Assembly: GCF_036321535.1 (NCBI RefSeq)
Contig: NC_087437.1
Span: forward strand, 112,222,001 to 112,286,000
DNA from: Camelus dromedarius
Lineage: Eukaryota
DNA: 64,000 bases
Reading direction: 5' to 3'
The notes under the pieces were generated by a model. The model was not told where the DNA came from, ran no database searches, and saw only the letters and a program-made list of their open reading frames with translations. A program made the position numbers and the translations under genes. Each line of letters opens with the position of its first letter. The stretch's first letter is position 1. This document shows positions 12,061-24,677 of the stretch, piece after piece.

Positions 12061-15000
12061 GATCGCCTATATGTAATCAACCTGCCCTCTCCCGTCCACC
12101 CCCTTCCCAGCACAGATGCCTTCCCCAACCCAACTGGGTCCCAAGACCCCACTCCACACTGTTTCCATGAGAATTCCTTCCTCATCCTTTCAGGCCTTGG
12201 GGCCTCTCACTTCCCCCACCACCTAACAAGGATGCAACCCTCCCTCTCTGACTTGCTCTGATGCCTCATATCAGTTTGCCCCTTGGATGTCCCTCTCACC
12301 CTGTTCAGATTCTGACACCTCTGTTGGGCTTCCATGGCTCCTCTGTCCCCCACCAGCGTGGCCTCTGTCTTGCTCTGGCCACCCACCGGCTTTAGGACTT
12401 TCTCTCTCTCTCTCTCTCTGCCTGAGCATCAGTAGGTACCTTCAATTTAAGACCACAAAACAGAACATTGGCATCCATCCTCCAACCCTACACTGTCTCT
12501 CTCAGTCTTTTCCATGTCAATTCATAATACCACCAGCCAGCTCACGGCTCAAGTCTATGAATACAGTCAACCATGACTCTACACTAGGCTCTTTCCTTCC
12601 TTGGCTGGTTCCTGCCCCAGGGGTTTTGGGGCGTTGGCATTTGCACTTCTTGCAGCCCTGCCCTCTAAACTCTCAGCCTCACACTTCGCATTATCTGGGT
12701 CTCAGCTCAGATGTCCTGAGGATGAGTCGAGGGAGGAGCCCCCTCTCCCCTACCCCGGCCAGACCAGCCCCTCTACCATAGCTCTTCTAAGCACTCTCCA
12801 GCTTTCTGCCCAGTGCTTTGGTTTCATGTCACTCTGCAGTTATCTCATTTGCTCATGTTTTGTACCCCCATCACCCCCTCCCCCTCTGGAACATAAGCCC
12901 CACAGGAGAGTAGGGACTTGGCCTGTGTCATAGACCTTGTTGTCTCCAAAACCGACAACAGTGCTTGGCTCGGGTGGGTGCTCAATGAATATTTCTGAGT
13001 GAATGAACAAATGTGCATTTTAAAAAATATAGTAGGCTTTATTAATGAGAAAATAAAGCATAGTGCAGAGATTTCCCACAGACCCCCCTTCTCCTCCACA
13101 GTTTCCCCTATGGTTAACGTCTTACACCCGTGTGGTATCTTGGTAACAAGTGATGAGCCAACACTTATACTTTAATATTCACCAAAGTTTACAGTTTGCA
13201 TTAAGATTCACTGTTTGTGTTACATAGTATCCACCTAGTCTGATAATTCCAAATTCTCTGTCATATCTTAGTCTTATTCTCAAGCTTACTTTTGTCTTCA
13301 GATTGTGTTTTTCCTGCTTTTTAGAGAAAGCCAGACATGACGGATCAGACAACAGGAGCTGAGATAAATAATCCTTTACTGAGATGTGTCATGTTTACTG
13401 GCTGAGAGTTCATCTGTGCATAATGTTTGCTGGACCTGTAGGTGTCAGAGGCTTTGATTTCATCCAGTGTCCTTATTTTTTTCTTCCCTGTTGTCTGGGT
13501 TTCCCTAGAAACTCTCTCTTAAGTCAAGTTGTAATCCACTGGAGTCCTGCGGATGTGGTGGAAGATACTGTGGAAGGGAAACAGTCAATAATTTTAAGAT
13601 GAAATTTCAGAGTTTGTTTTTTCTCTTTGTAATGAGCTTGAGCTTGAAACTCCAGACCGTTACCTTCAGAGGAATTTCTTAGCCTCCACCCTCGTTTTTC
13701 CCTCCTTTTTATGACAGGAAGTCTTGAGGGGGCTGAGTTGTCTAATCACCCTTGAACTAAGTCAGATTAGGCTTGGGTAAAATAATTCCTCTTGAAGACA
13801 GGCTTTTTTTTTTTTTTTTTTTTTTTAACAGAACACTCCAGGTGTGTTTCAAATGGTTACTTTTATCCTCCCTCTGGCCAAATAGGATGGGAATTTTTTC
13901 TGGTGTTCACCATGAGAACCTGGTGGGGCACCTGTGAAAAAAGTTCAAGAAAGTAGAAGGACCCCACCAAGACTGGATCCCCAGGAGTTTTTGGCTCTCC
14001 AGCTAGTCCCCTCTCAGCCTCCAGCGAATAGTTAATATGGTTTAAGTTTTCCTATGTTTTTCTGAGATTTCTGTTCCCTCTGCATAAGCTGTCTCCCGAG
14101 TTTGGAGGGCTACAGTTTGCCCTGTGACCCCAAGTCACTGATGGATCTAAGAAGAGTTGACTTTTCAGTTGGTTCTGCTTCTCTCTAGTTGTGAGGAGTG
14201 GAGTGACAACTTCTAAGCTCTTTACATCTTGGCATGGACAGCATTTTTTTAAAATATACTCTCTCTGAGTATATTGAGTAAAAACATTTACCTAGAAAAT
14301 TTAGGAAGTAAAAAAGAAAGGAAAAATCACCTATAATCACCCAATCTTCAATTAGTCATAGTTAACATTTTCACATATTTTTATTTCTAATACATATATG
14401 TTTTTACAAAAAGGTGCATACAGTTTTGTATTGGCGTTCCTCCACTTTCAGAGGCTATTTCTGCAGCTTCTCTTACACTGATGCTGAAAATATTTTTAAT
14501 GTTGAATGTCTTTTGTAAAGACCAAGACCCCACGATGAGCTCCAGTAAGGTCTTAGGGGGCTGGTGAGGAATTCTGCTCCTTTTGAAGATTAAGCGTAAC
14601 ATGGGAAGCAGACACAGCCTCCTATGATCACCCCCTGTGTCTATTGTACAGATGGGGGTCAGCAAATGTTAGCTGACTCGATGAATGAAAAGGTTCCTTT
14701 CTAACAGGTACAAAAAGTGTGAAACAGCCTCCTCCTCCCTTTCCTCAAAGGTCAGAAAGCTGAAAGTGAAGTTGAATTCTCAATGAGAATAACCTAGGTG
14801 ATTCGTATTTTTTCCCTCCTTCTCCTTCCAAAGGATTTTAACATTTCCATTTCGGTAGCTGTAATGTTTAAAATATACCTACATCTTACTGAAAGCTACT
14901 TCATATTCTATTTTGGAAACTGACAGATATAAATAATAGGTAAACAAAATAATGAGGGACTGTCTTTCCTCTCTGCCTACCTCAAACACATTGATCAGTG

Positions 15001-15099
15001 AGCAGGAGAGCAGAGGAAAGACCCACAGAGCAGGGGAAGGGAGCCATTATTTACAATATTTACAAAGACCTTCTTGAGCTTGGAACTACACCAATCCTT

Positions 15100-15380
15100 A
15101 ACAACTCAATGGTAGCTATTCTTATCCCTATTTTATTGATTGGAGAATTATGCTCTGAGCGGTTTATAGAGCTAGTAAGGGAGGTAGCGGAGCAGGAGAG
15201 AACACATTCACTTTTTCTTTCATTCATTCATGCATGCATGCATGCATGCAACACATTTTTATTGAGCGGATTAAACGTGCTAGGCATTGTTCTAAGTGCC
15301 AGGGACTGTTCTAGACCCTGAGGATACTGCAGGAAACACAACAGCCAAAATTCTTTTTCTTACCCCCTATGGAGCTTACA
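15100..15380. mobile_element. MIR fragment plus L2 3' end with an (ATGC)n microsatellite, just upstream of the IFNAR2 CpG island
   Basis: attcttatccctattttattgattggagaa... (MIR); cattcattcatgcatgcatgcatgcatgcaacacatttttattgagc...ggagcttaca (L2 tail). Confidence 0.55.
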
Positions 15381-15589
15381 TGGAGGAGGCGGGGGCTGGG
15401 GGGGGCGGAAGGGGCCGCCTCCAACTGAGGGCAAATTACAAAACCTGGTGTCCCCGCCCCCTGCCCGCCCCCGCCCGGTCCGGCGCCTTCCCGCAGCTGC
15501 CGGAGGCCGGCTCCGCGCGCGCACTCGCGGGAAAGACCTCCCCCACCCCTCCCGGAGGCGACCGCGAGGATCGATCCGGGGCGCCCTCG

Positions 15590-15790
15590 GAGCGGAGGGA
15601 GCCGGCCACCACCAGCCGCTCTGCTCGCCTTTGCCCCGCGCCGGCCGCCACTGCCAAAGAGGCCGCCAGCAGCGCGCATCCCGGTCGGGAGCACCGAGTC
15701 CGGGTGCGGAGGGGCTGCGGCCGAGCCCGGCTGGGGCGGGTGGGCCCGAGGCCAGGACCCCGGGGGCCGCGGCGAGGTCAGACTGCCAAG
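15590..15790 (+). other. IFNAR2: IFNAR2 non-coding exon 1 (5' end approximate)
   Basis: Lies in the CpG island, ends at a strong donor CAAG|GTAACG (15790/15791) and contains no ATG. A non-coding first exon is the known IFNAR2 organisation. Confidence 0.7.
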
Positions 15791-15861
15791 GTAACGCGGG
15801 ACAGCGCGGGGGGCGGGGGCGGGGGGAGGGGACTGAAGGAACGTCGCCTCTCTGCAGCCGC

Positions 15862-15870
15862 TTCCCGGAA
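15862..15870. promoter_or_regulatory. GAS/STAT site TTCCCGGAA in IFNAR2 proximal intron 1
   Basis: Perfect consensus about 70 bp downstream of the exon 1 donor, inside the CpG island. Confidence 0.5.
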
Positions 15871-18639
15871 TCGCCTTACAGGCTCTGGTCCCTCCCCTGG
15901 GAGCTCCTCCCGGTGCCGCCTGCGCTCCCGGCCGGCCGCGGGGCTTCGGTTCGCGCGCCGCCGTCCTCCTCCCCGGAGGCCGCCCTTCCCCCGCCCCCGC
16001 AGCCTGGGGGTCCTTGGAGGGCATCGGCTGGCTGTCCCCCGAGGCCGCGCTGCTGTCGGCCGGCTCGGCGTCCTCCGTTCATCGCCACTTATGGGAGCTC
16101 TCTTCATAGCACCCAGCCCTGCAGCCCCCTCACGCCCCACCAGGGGTGCCTGGGACACCCGGGCAGTGGCCGCTGCCAGATGAGAGCCCTTGTGAAGTTC
16201 AAAAGCCAGATTCCTCACGGGCCACAACGCCTTGCAAAACTGGTTTACTGGCTCGGGTCTCCGGTTCCAGGTCTTCCGCCCTCCCTCTAAGAGAACACTT
16301 GCAGTTAGCCATCCTTTGTTCTCGCGCGGGAGCGGGTCACGGAGGGGCAGCCGGGCTGGACTGTCTGCGTCCTTCCAGATGCATCGCTTGGAAGCTGGAG
16401 GACAGGGCGATGGGACAGCGTCGCGGAGACAGAGGAGTGGACCCGGCTCCAGGGTCGGGAGGGAACGAGGAACTGGGTGCGAGTCGACGCTAGCGTTTCA
16501 GCCTGGACCAAAGCAACTAGTTAAACCCAATTACGAGTTGAATCCATCAGCCTTCTTTTGTGGCTAGCGATGGGTTTCATAAACTCTAGATAAACTCTCT
16601 TTCTTTTTCTTTTTATATTTGTTTGATTTCCTCGCTTTTGTTAGGCAAAAAGCCCTTAGAAGCTGAATGGAAGGAGGTGAGAGGTGTAGACTGAGGCCTG
16701 GAGTCCGTCCCCCCTCCTCCAGGTGTCACACTAACTGACCCTGGTGGCCGAGACCTACAGCCCACCACCTGTCCCACACTTGGGCAAGGTTTCAAAGTAC
16801 CCCTCCTCCTGCTCTTGTGGCTTGAAGAGGAAAAGGGTGGGAGCAAGACCACACCAAAATTTGCTCTAAAGAAAACATTTCCTAGTGATACGGGCATCAG
16901 TGATGTTTGACCTGTTTGTCGCAGGAAATGACTTGGACTTTTAAGTTCTCTAGTTCACAAGTTGTTTTTCAACTTTGGATCATCAGAAATCTACATGGCT
17001 CTTTTAGTCTTACCCATATTTTTTTCTAAAGTTTCTCATGTATTTATTTAAAATTTAAAGAAAATCTGCCTGAGATTTGGTTCTTGAAATTTGACAAATG
17101 GTAATTTATCTTTCAAAAAAAATTAGAAGAATCCTAACCCCAGAGGTATTGTCTTACAAGTGAAACTTTTATTAAAATGTGTATGTCATCCCCGCCACTT
17201 TGCACAGAGAGCCACATTGGACTTATCTCCCTGTTACCTTTATAAACCTTCAGACTGTAGAGGAGTCAGTGGCATATATATTCTTTGCCTGTCCAAAATT
17301 AAGATGCTGTTGAGAATGACACACTTTTTAAACTTCATGTTACCAAGTAAGAAAAACCACTGTCAGTTAAGGTGTGTCATGCCACTGTGCAAAGCACCCT
17401 ATTGCAGAGATGTTCAGATGTCAGAAAGAAGTGCATGTTTTACAATCTGTGCAATAGAATCTCAGAGCAGGGCTTGTCAGTACTCTTCCCCGAGGATTTT
17501 TCACTCCTTCAGAGGATGAAACTGGTGGTATGAAATTCAGGAAGAAGAAAGGAAAATAGTTCGCTAGTGGAGCAGTTGGGCTGAAGTAAGTTAGGGTGAT
17601 GAGAAGTGGAGAAAAGAGAAAACAAAAGCGGGGAAGAGAGAAAGATGTAGGATGGGGAATAGTTCAGAGCCGCTGCAAGTGTTCTTGGGAACCCGCAGGA
17701 AAATGAGTCCATTCAGTTTCCCCACAAGCCAGGCTTTTACAAACTGGTACGTGGAGAGTTGTTCTTAAACGTTGTTGTTGTTTTAATTCTGGGGTTTTAG
17801 AAAATATGTATAAAATTTGAGTGTGCCTGACCTCCGGGAACTGTACTGGTGAATCAATAAAAATCTGTGAAGGTAATCGTAGATTTCAAATTTTTATTTT
17901 TGCTTACATTGAATAACCCAGTCATATTTGTCTCACATTTTGGGAGGCTGTAATACCAGAAGACATCAAAACCATATGGCAAAGGAAAGCTCATGAACAG
18001 GAAGGGCACAGATGCCAGCGGAAGCATGACAGTTACCTTGTTAATTCTCCATTTTAGCCAAAGGAAAGAGGGATAGGAGAAATTGGTGATCTTCAGGAAA
18101 TACAAGACAGAGAGACAAGTAGCAAACCAAGTGCTCAAGTGGTTGGCCAGTATCCAAATGCCAGTAAGATATATTTTCTCCCCATGGTATCAGTTTCCTG
18201 ATAGAATAGCACTAAAAACAAATTGACAATTATTAGCCACAGTAGACTGGTTAATCAATAAAAATCTTGGAAATGCTCCCTAATAAATAGAAAACTGAGT
18301 CTTAGCATTACTTAGCTGTTTCCTTTTTGGACTAAGGAGTGGTAGGCTCTTCCTGCTGGTCAGAGGGGAGTGAGATGGGCCAAATGGGAGCACGAAAAGC
18401 CAGGACCAGAATCAGAGGATCCACACAAAGGCCCAGTGGCTGATCCTACCTCAGGGCCCCACCAGAGGCAGTGACTCTGCCTGCAGGACATTTAACAGAA
18501 TCCTCCAGGAGGAAGCAGAGCCTGGGTCTTCTGGCAGACTGCACTTCCTTGACTGAGCTCCCTCGTCCCAGCACAGTGCTTTGGGCTAGAGAAACTGCCT
18601 AGTCCTTACAGAACAAACTGGAATCAGATACATTTATTA

Positions 18640-19700
18640 AAAGGAAGTCAAGATTTCACTCCACTGTAGCACACTAGCAGGTGACAAAGCCGTCAGAGTA
18701 CAAGCAAGGTGAACAGAAATGGTGTGGAAAAAAAAGAAAAAGAAAAGAAAGGAAAGAACGACATAGCTTGCAGAAGTCTTACTAAAAAGAAAATATGACT
18801 CTTGGGATGGGAGGAAATCCCTTACAATAGCTTTACATCCTACAACAACTTGATGAAAATATAAATTCAATAAAATAAACTCAAAGGTGAGAAAAAATTT
18901 GAATTGAGATGAAAAGGGAGATTGCAGACTTATGGGAATGCATGGAAGATCACTGAAACAATTACAGAAGAGATGAGAGAAAAGAACAAAATAGATGCTG
19001 AAAATAAAAATATTTTAACAGAGGAAAAGCTTCCTTAATGAAGAAGCCCAACAAATGCAGATGAAAGAGACCAAGATGAAGTCATTTATAAAGAAGCCAG
19101 TGTGGAAGACAGACCAAGCACAGTCAAGTATTAGGATAATTAGGGTTCCCTGATGTAGTGAAACCAACAAACAGGACAGAGAATTGCAAATAAAAATAGG
19201 GTGAAAGACATTTTACTGAAATGAAGAAAAAATGGTCTGTAAGCCAAAAAAGCACGCCATTTTCCAGGAAATTTTCATATGAGAGTACTCAGCACCAAGA
19301 TAACTTACACAATTTAAATTCAGAGGAAAAGGATTATTTAGGAATCTAAAAAAGAATCAGTGAAGGAGGGAAAAACCAAATCAAGCTAGCCTCAGACTTT
19401 TCCAGTGCTCTGCTAAATGCCAGAAGACAGTGGTTCTGTGCGAAAAGTTCTAAGGGAAAGAAACTTTTTCCTAAGAGGGTATCTCATCCAGTTACAATGT
19501 CATTCAAGTTGAAAGTCAACAGGTGGACCTTCTCAAATAGGAAAGAAAAAAAGGAATTCAGCACCTGTGAGCCCTTATGGGAAAAAACTGCTTGGATGAC
19601 AAAATCCAGCAAATAGCAAATTAAGAGAGGAGTCAAGAGAAAGAACTCTGGTGTTGATACTCTTGATGAAAAGGACTGTTGATGAGTATTTATTTAAAAG
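18640..19700 (+). mobile_element. Degenerate HAL1/L1 ORF1 region in IFNAR2 intron 1
   Basis: A-rich ORF1-like text including aaatcaagctagcctcagactttt...aaatgccagaagacagtgg. Confidence 0.5.
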
Positions 19701-20767
19701 TAGAATTAATACAAAGCATCTTTGGAAATTGTAGATAGAATAAAATGTGATTATTATATCAATCTAGACACCCAAAGCACAATAAGGAAAAAAATAAGGA
19801 AGTAGGGGAGGAAGATGGAAGGAAATGTGAGTACATCCTATAGTTCTCATCTTGAAAACATCGATCAATAAATATAGTTTAACAGTTAAAGTGCTGTGAA
19901 CATATTATGCTCCGACCTCCTGATGTCTTTCATAATCTTTTTTTTTTTAACTTTAGAGGGATGTTTTAGGGAATTATTCTTTCTTAAGGAGAAAAAATAA
20001 TTTAAATGTCAATTTCTTCAGCCTTTGCTTCAGTTTCTTTCCCAAGTAGAGTTAATTTAGACAGAAACACTGTGTGTGTCTGTGTGTGTGTCTATGCATA
20101 GAAAGCTCTCTGGAATTGTGTTCACCTAAGATTAATGATAGAAATATCTGGATGCTGGGATTTTTCCTTTTATACATGATTTTTAATCTTTTTCGATAAG
20201 CAGGTATAACAATTTTTACCGAAATGAGAAAGATATTTGGAAAATAAATTAGAAACAAAGATGCCAAGCTGTTAACAATGGTTGATGCTTGGCGGTAAAA
20301 AATAAAGATGACTGTTTCTTCTTGGTGCTTTTTTTTGGGGTTTCTTTTTGAATTTCCAGAAAAAAAAATATGTAATTGTATTTGTCCTTCTAAATCCATT
20401 CACTCATTGACTAGTGAAGATATGGCAGGCAGCAGGTTATACTGGATAGAAGAAAAGACACAATTCTGCTCTCTACCAGGAGAGTGGGAGGCAGTGAGTT
20501 TTGTGAGGGTTGTCTGTCTGTCTCTCTGTCTGTCTGCCTGGACTTGGAATTTAAAGAATCACTTTGCCCGGGCAGTATCCATTTGAGCTGGGCCTTGAAA
20601 ATCGGTAGGGTTTGTTTGGGTGTCAGTGGCAAGGATTGCTTCCAGAGAGGGATGGGCATGAGCTCAGCACTGGTGCAGGACAGTAACTGCAGGGAAAACT
20701 AGAAAGGCTGATGGCAGCTTTGAATTCAGCCTAAGGCCTTGGTGCCTTATGAGGCAACTGTGAGCTA

Positions 20768-21990
20768 CAGGCTGGGCTGGCAGCAGAATTTGCAGGACTC
20801 AGAACACGATTAAAATGCAAGGCCCATCTGTTTAAAAAGCAGGAAAGAGTACCACTGAAGGTACTAAACTATGAAAACAAGAAAAACCTTTTCCATGGTC
20901 TCTCTCAATCTTTTTTTTTTTTTTTGCTATTTAACGTCATTCTAAGCAAAAAAAAAAAATTTTTTTTTTAATTACTAGCACGAATTTTACCATCTGACCT
21001 TATATTGTACAAAGCCAGATCTAAGTGCAAATATAAGAACAATTTAATCCAGACGAGGAATCACAGAATTACACAATTGGCATTTCATAGCACATCTTGG
21101 GAGCCTTCCTCTAAGTAGCCAGAAGCAACAAACTCAGGTCAGACTCAGGAAAGTAGCAAGGAGGAAGAGAGACTCAGGAAATAGCAAGGAGGAAGGAGGA
21201 AGAGAGAGGAAGGAGGAAGAGAGAGCAAGGAGGAAGAGGAGGCTCCTTAAAATGTTTGAAGAATTCCTTTCTCACCTTGGAGTGAGAGTTTCTAACTGCA
21301 GCCCCAGCACCCAGCCAGCCCAAGGAGCACTCCCTCATGCACAGGGCAGTGCTGCTCCCCACAGGTGCCCGGGCCCCTCTGCCCTGGCAACTCTGGGCAC
21401 GAATGCACTTATGCCTGAAGGATGCTGGGAACCATCTCCTGCTAGCCACCCATCACACTAGCCTGGGATGGGCTCTCGGACAGTCAAACCCTAACTCTCC
21501 CCTCTCCAAGGACCTACCATCCCAACCCACAGCATGCTGGTGATGTCCATGGGTCTTTAAACCTCTGCAACTGGCCATGCTGTGTACCTGGATCAAGGTT
21601 GATCTAGACACTTAGCCCCATCGGACCAGCTAGCCGCCCTCTCAGGGAGGCAGGCCAGGGACAGCTTCCACTCTGCCTGGCCCACCCTCCCTGCACACCT
21701 ACCAGGAGGGCATCAGTGCAGTATGGGCCTCTCCCATGATGTGACCCAGCTGGTGTCCCCATGAAAAGAGCATCGGCAGTCAGTGTAGAGTGAGGCCAGG
21801 CAGGGCCTGGGACCCCATCCTTCAGGGGAGTGGGGAGCAAGACCCAAGTGTAAACTGATGCTCCAAGCCCCAGTGTGTTCCATTGTCCCATCAGACTTCA
21901 CTAACAACGCACAAGTTTTAAAAAAAAATGATTAAGAAGTTCAAGAGGACCACCGGAGAGCAGCAAACCAAGCATGGGACCCTTCTGCCT
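20768..21990 (-). mobile_element. MER45B/C-like hAT-Tip100 DNA transposon
   Basis: Ends match recalled MER45 termini (aatttgcaggactcag...aaaatgcaaggccc; attaagaagttcaaga...aaaccaagcatgggacccttctg) with a GC-rich interior. Confidence 0.6.
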
Positions 21991-23453
21991 GCTACAGAGA
22001 TGAGGGTAGCAAGAGCTACGCTTCAGGAAGTCTGATCTGTTTAGAGTCAGAAAGAGTTTAAAAGAGCTTCATTAATAATTCCAGGCAGGATGCCAAAGTG
22101 GGAAATTAGATTTTCCAGTACCAGGAACCTAGTACCAGACATGTGGTTAGAAGTAGAGTCTGAGTCACCGGGAACAAAGAAGAAGAGGAGGCGTCCGTTG
22201 TTCCAGAGCAGGAGAGCGGGACTTCTAGTTGTGTAGTTGTGTGTCTGTATTTCTGAGCTGCTGAAGGATGAGAGGGCTCTGCAGCTGCAAAACAAAGGCA
22301 AAGATGTATCATCATTAGAAAAAAAACAAGGCCCAGAGGCCACGGGCAGATAATCAGGTATAAGGGAGTCACACCCAAGGTGGCATTCTGCAATCTTGGT
22401 ACGCCCACCTCTAGAAAGTCCACAACCATGCAGGCCCTCTGCCGAGGAGTGATGACAGGAGATGACATCACATATGACAACGACAACTCTGTGGATGTTC
22501 TAAAGGGGAACAATATTATGGGATAAGTTGAGGTGCCTGGATATCTCATGGGTGGTAGATGGCAATTCTGACTTGGAATCTTTTGGATTTCTCTAGAAAT
22601 ACCCTGGGTGGGACCTGATAGCATGATAGTCAGGAGGGCTTTTTAATCTGCTTTTAGCTTGAATTCAAATCTGCTACTTTGTGGTCATTTATCATTTTGA
22701 CTTGGGGCTTGATGCTGCCTCAGTTTTGGGGGACAGAAGAACACCCAGAATCTGTAAGGCCCAGTTGATTGGATAGAGACACAAACCCTGAAAGAGAGAA
22801 AGAATAAGACCAACTATGGGCTCCTTAAAATGTTTGAAGAATTCTCTTCTCACTTGGAGTGAGAAAGACTTTCTAACTGCCACCTGAGATGCAGACGCTA
22901 AGAAAGAAAACAATTTGAAGTCTGAAAACATAAAACTCAGAAGCTTCTGTGTGGTAAAAACAAAAAACAAAGAAACAGCACAGGCAAGTCAAAGGACAAG
23001 TGACAACGGCAAGGAAAAAAAAACAGATGTGACTCATATCACAAACGAAGGGCCAGCTTCCCTCATACTTAAAAAGCTCCTTCAAACCAATATGAAAAAA
23101 AAAATGCAACTGCTCAGTAGAAAAATGGGCAAAGGTACAAACGGACAGTTAACAAGAAAGGAAATAGCTCAGTAAGAATATGAAAACATGCTCAATCTTA
23201 CTTAGAATAAGAAAAAGGCAAAATTAATGTTAGTCTGAAGACAATTTTGCATTTATGAATTTGGTTTTTAAAAATCCAAGAGCTTGATGATAACCTCTGA
23301 AGGTTGTCATTATCATTATTATTCCCCATAAACTTTCCTTTCCCACATGGGGAGCAGAAATTCCCACACATCACAGGTGACTGTGTAAATTGGTACAGCC
23401 ACAAGGGCAAGAGTGTAGCCATTTCTATCAAAATTACACATGCGTAGCCCCTT

Positions 23454-23909
23454 TGTGCTAGGTCTCTTCTGTCTGCCCCTGCAGACTCAGCGTCCGCCTT
23501 CCCTACCCTTTATTGTGCCCTGGGATCCTGTCTTGTATGGGGACAGCCTGTGACTGGTTGGGATCAGCCAATAGAGAGACCCAAGAAGAGAAGGGAGGGA
23601 AGACAGTGAGGGATATTTACCCTTCCGCCCACTCCCTGCACAGTCACCTTGGGTCGGTGGTACCTGGCTTACATCATAGCTCCTTATCCAGGATTCTCTT
23701 CTTCCAAATTCCAGTATTGGCATCTTCTCTCTGCACCTCTAGCCCAGGGTGATAACGGCTCCAGCTGTTGTTAGTTTCAGATACTATACTCTTCCTTATG
23801 GTTCGCCTGCATCCTGTTGACACGTTTGTAAATAGTCCCTTGATTAAAATCTTCCCCAAATCATCCTAACTTGAATGTGCTGTTTCCTGCTGGGACCTTG
23901 ACTGATACA
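23454..23909 (-). mobile_element. LTR33-like ERVL LTR (orientation tentative)
   Basis: ggttgggatcagccaatagagagac...tgaatgtgctgtttcctgctgggaccttgactgataca. Confidence 0.6.
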
Positions 23910-24622
23910 CCCTTTAGCCCACCAATCCTGCTTCTGGGAAGCTTTCTCACACTTGACATGTGCAGAATGATGTATTTCCAAGATAATCCACTGCAGAAAC
24001 TGTTGGAAGCAACTCAGAACTCCACCACAGGGACTGGTACAAACCATGGTGTTTCCATAGAGTAGACTATGCAGCTATTTTTATAAAAACAGGAAATTCT
24101 CTTTGGTGCTGATGCAGAAAGATCTCCCAGATACATTTTTAAGTGGAAAAAGAAGGAATTGGACAGGGAATGTATATGCTGTCTCTGTGTAAAAGAAGAA
24201 AAAAAAAGTAATGATATATATATACATTTTTGCTTATGCATGAAGATATTCTGAAGGACTCACAAAAGACAAAAATAGTTTTCTGAAAAGAAGCAAGACC
24301 CTTCACTACTTACTTTTTGGAATGTTTAAAATTTTGGAGCCAAATGACTATGTTGCCTGTTCAAAAGTTAAATTTAAAATTTCTCCCTGACTAGGTAAGG
24401 AATGGGTCCCAGAGCTGAGAATAAGGCTGCTCATGTAAATGGGGTAAATGGTCCAGCTCCCAGAAGGGCAGAGGGAACCTGGAACCAGAAATTTCCTGCT
24501 AGTCTTTCATTGTCTTGTCTTTGCCCCTTACCTTTGCAATTTAATTAGACGCTTTAGAATTTTGATCACCTAATACTGATTTCTTTTCAGATGTGAAAGT
24601 AAAGATACATAAAATAACAAAG

Positions 24623-24677
24623 ATGGTTTTGAGCCAGAATGTCTCAGCAATTGGGCCACTCAATTTGTATCCCGTAG
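24623..24677 (+). CDS. IFNAR2: IFNAR2 exon 2 coding part (exon starts at 24591), [18 protein letters not shown]
   Basis: Acceptor tttcttttcag| at 24590, Kozak AAGATGG, donor TAG|GTGAGT. Confidence 0.95.

Larger units (their letters stand above)
15385..16500. promoter_or_regulatory. CpG island / promoter of IFNAR2
   Basis: Very GC- and CpG-rich, with multiple GC boxes (GGGCGG/CCGCCC); contains exon 1 and its donor. Confidence 0.9.

Noticed and set aside
15296..16567. Long overlapping ORFs (295, 280 and 237 aa) on both strands
   Set aside because: Low-complexity Arg/Pro/Gly/Ala frames expected in a stop-poor CpG island; no recognisable domain.
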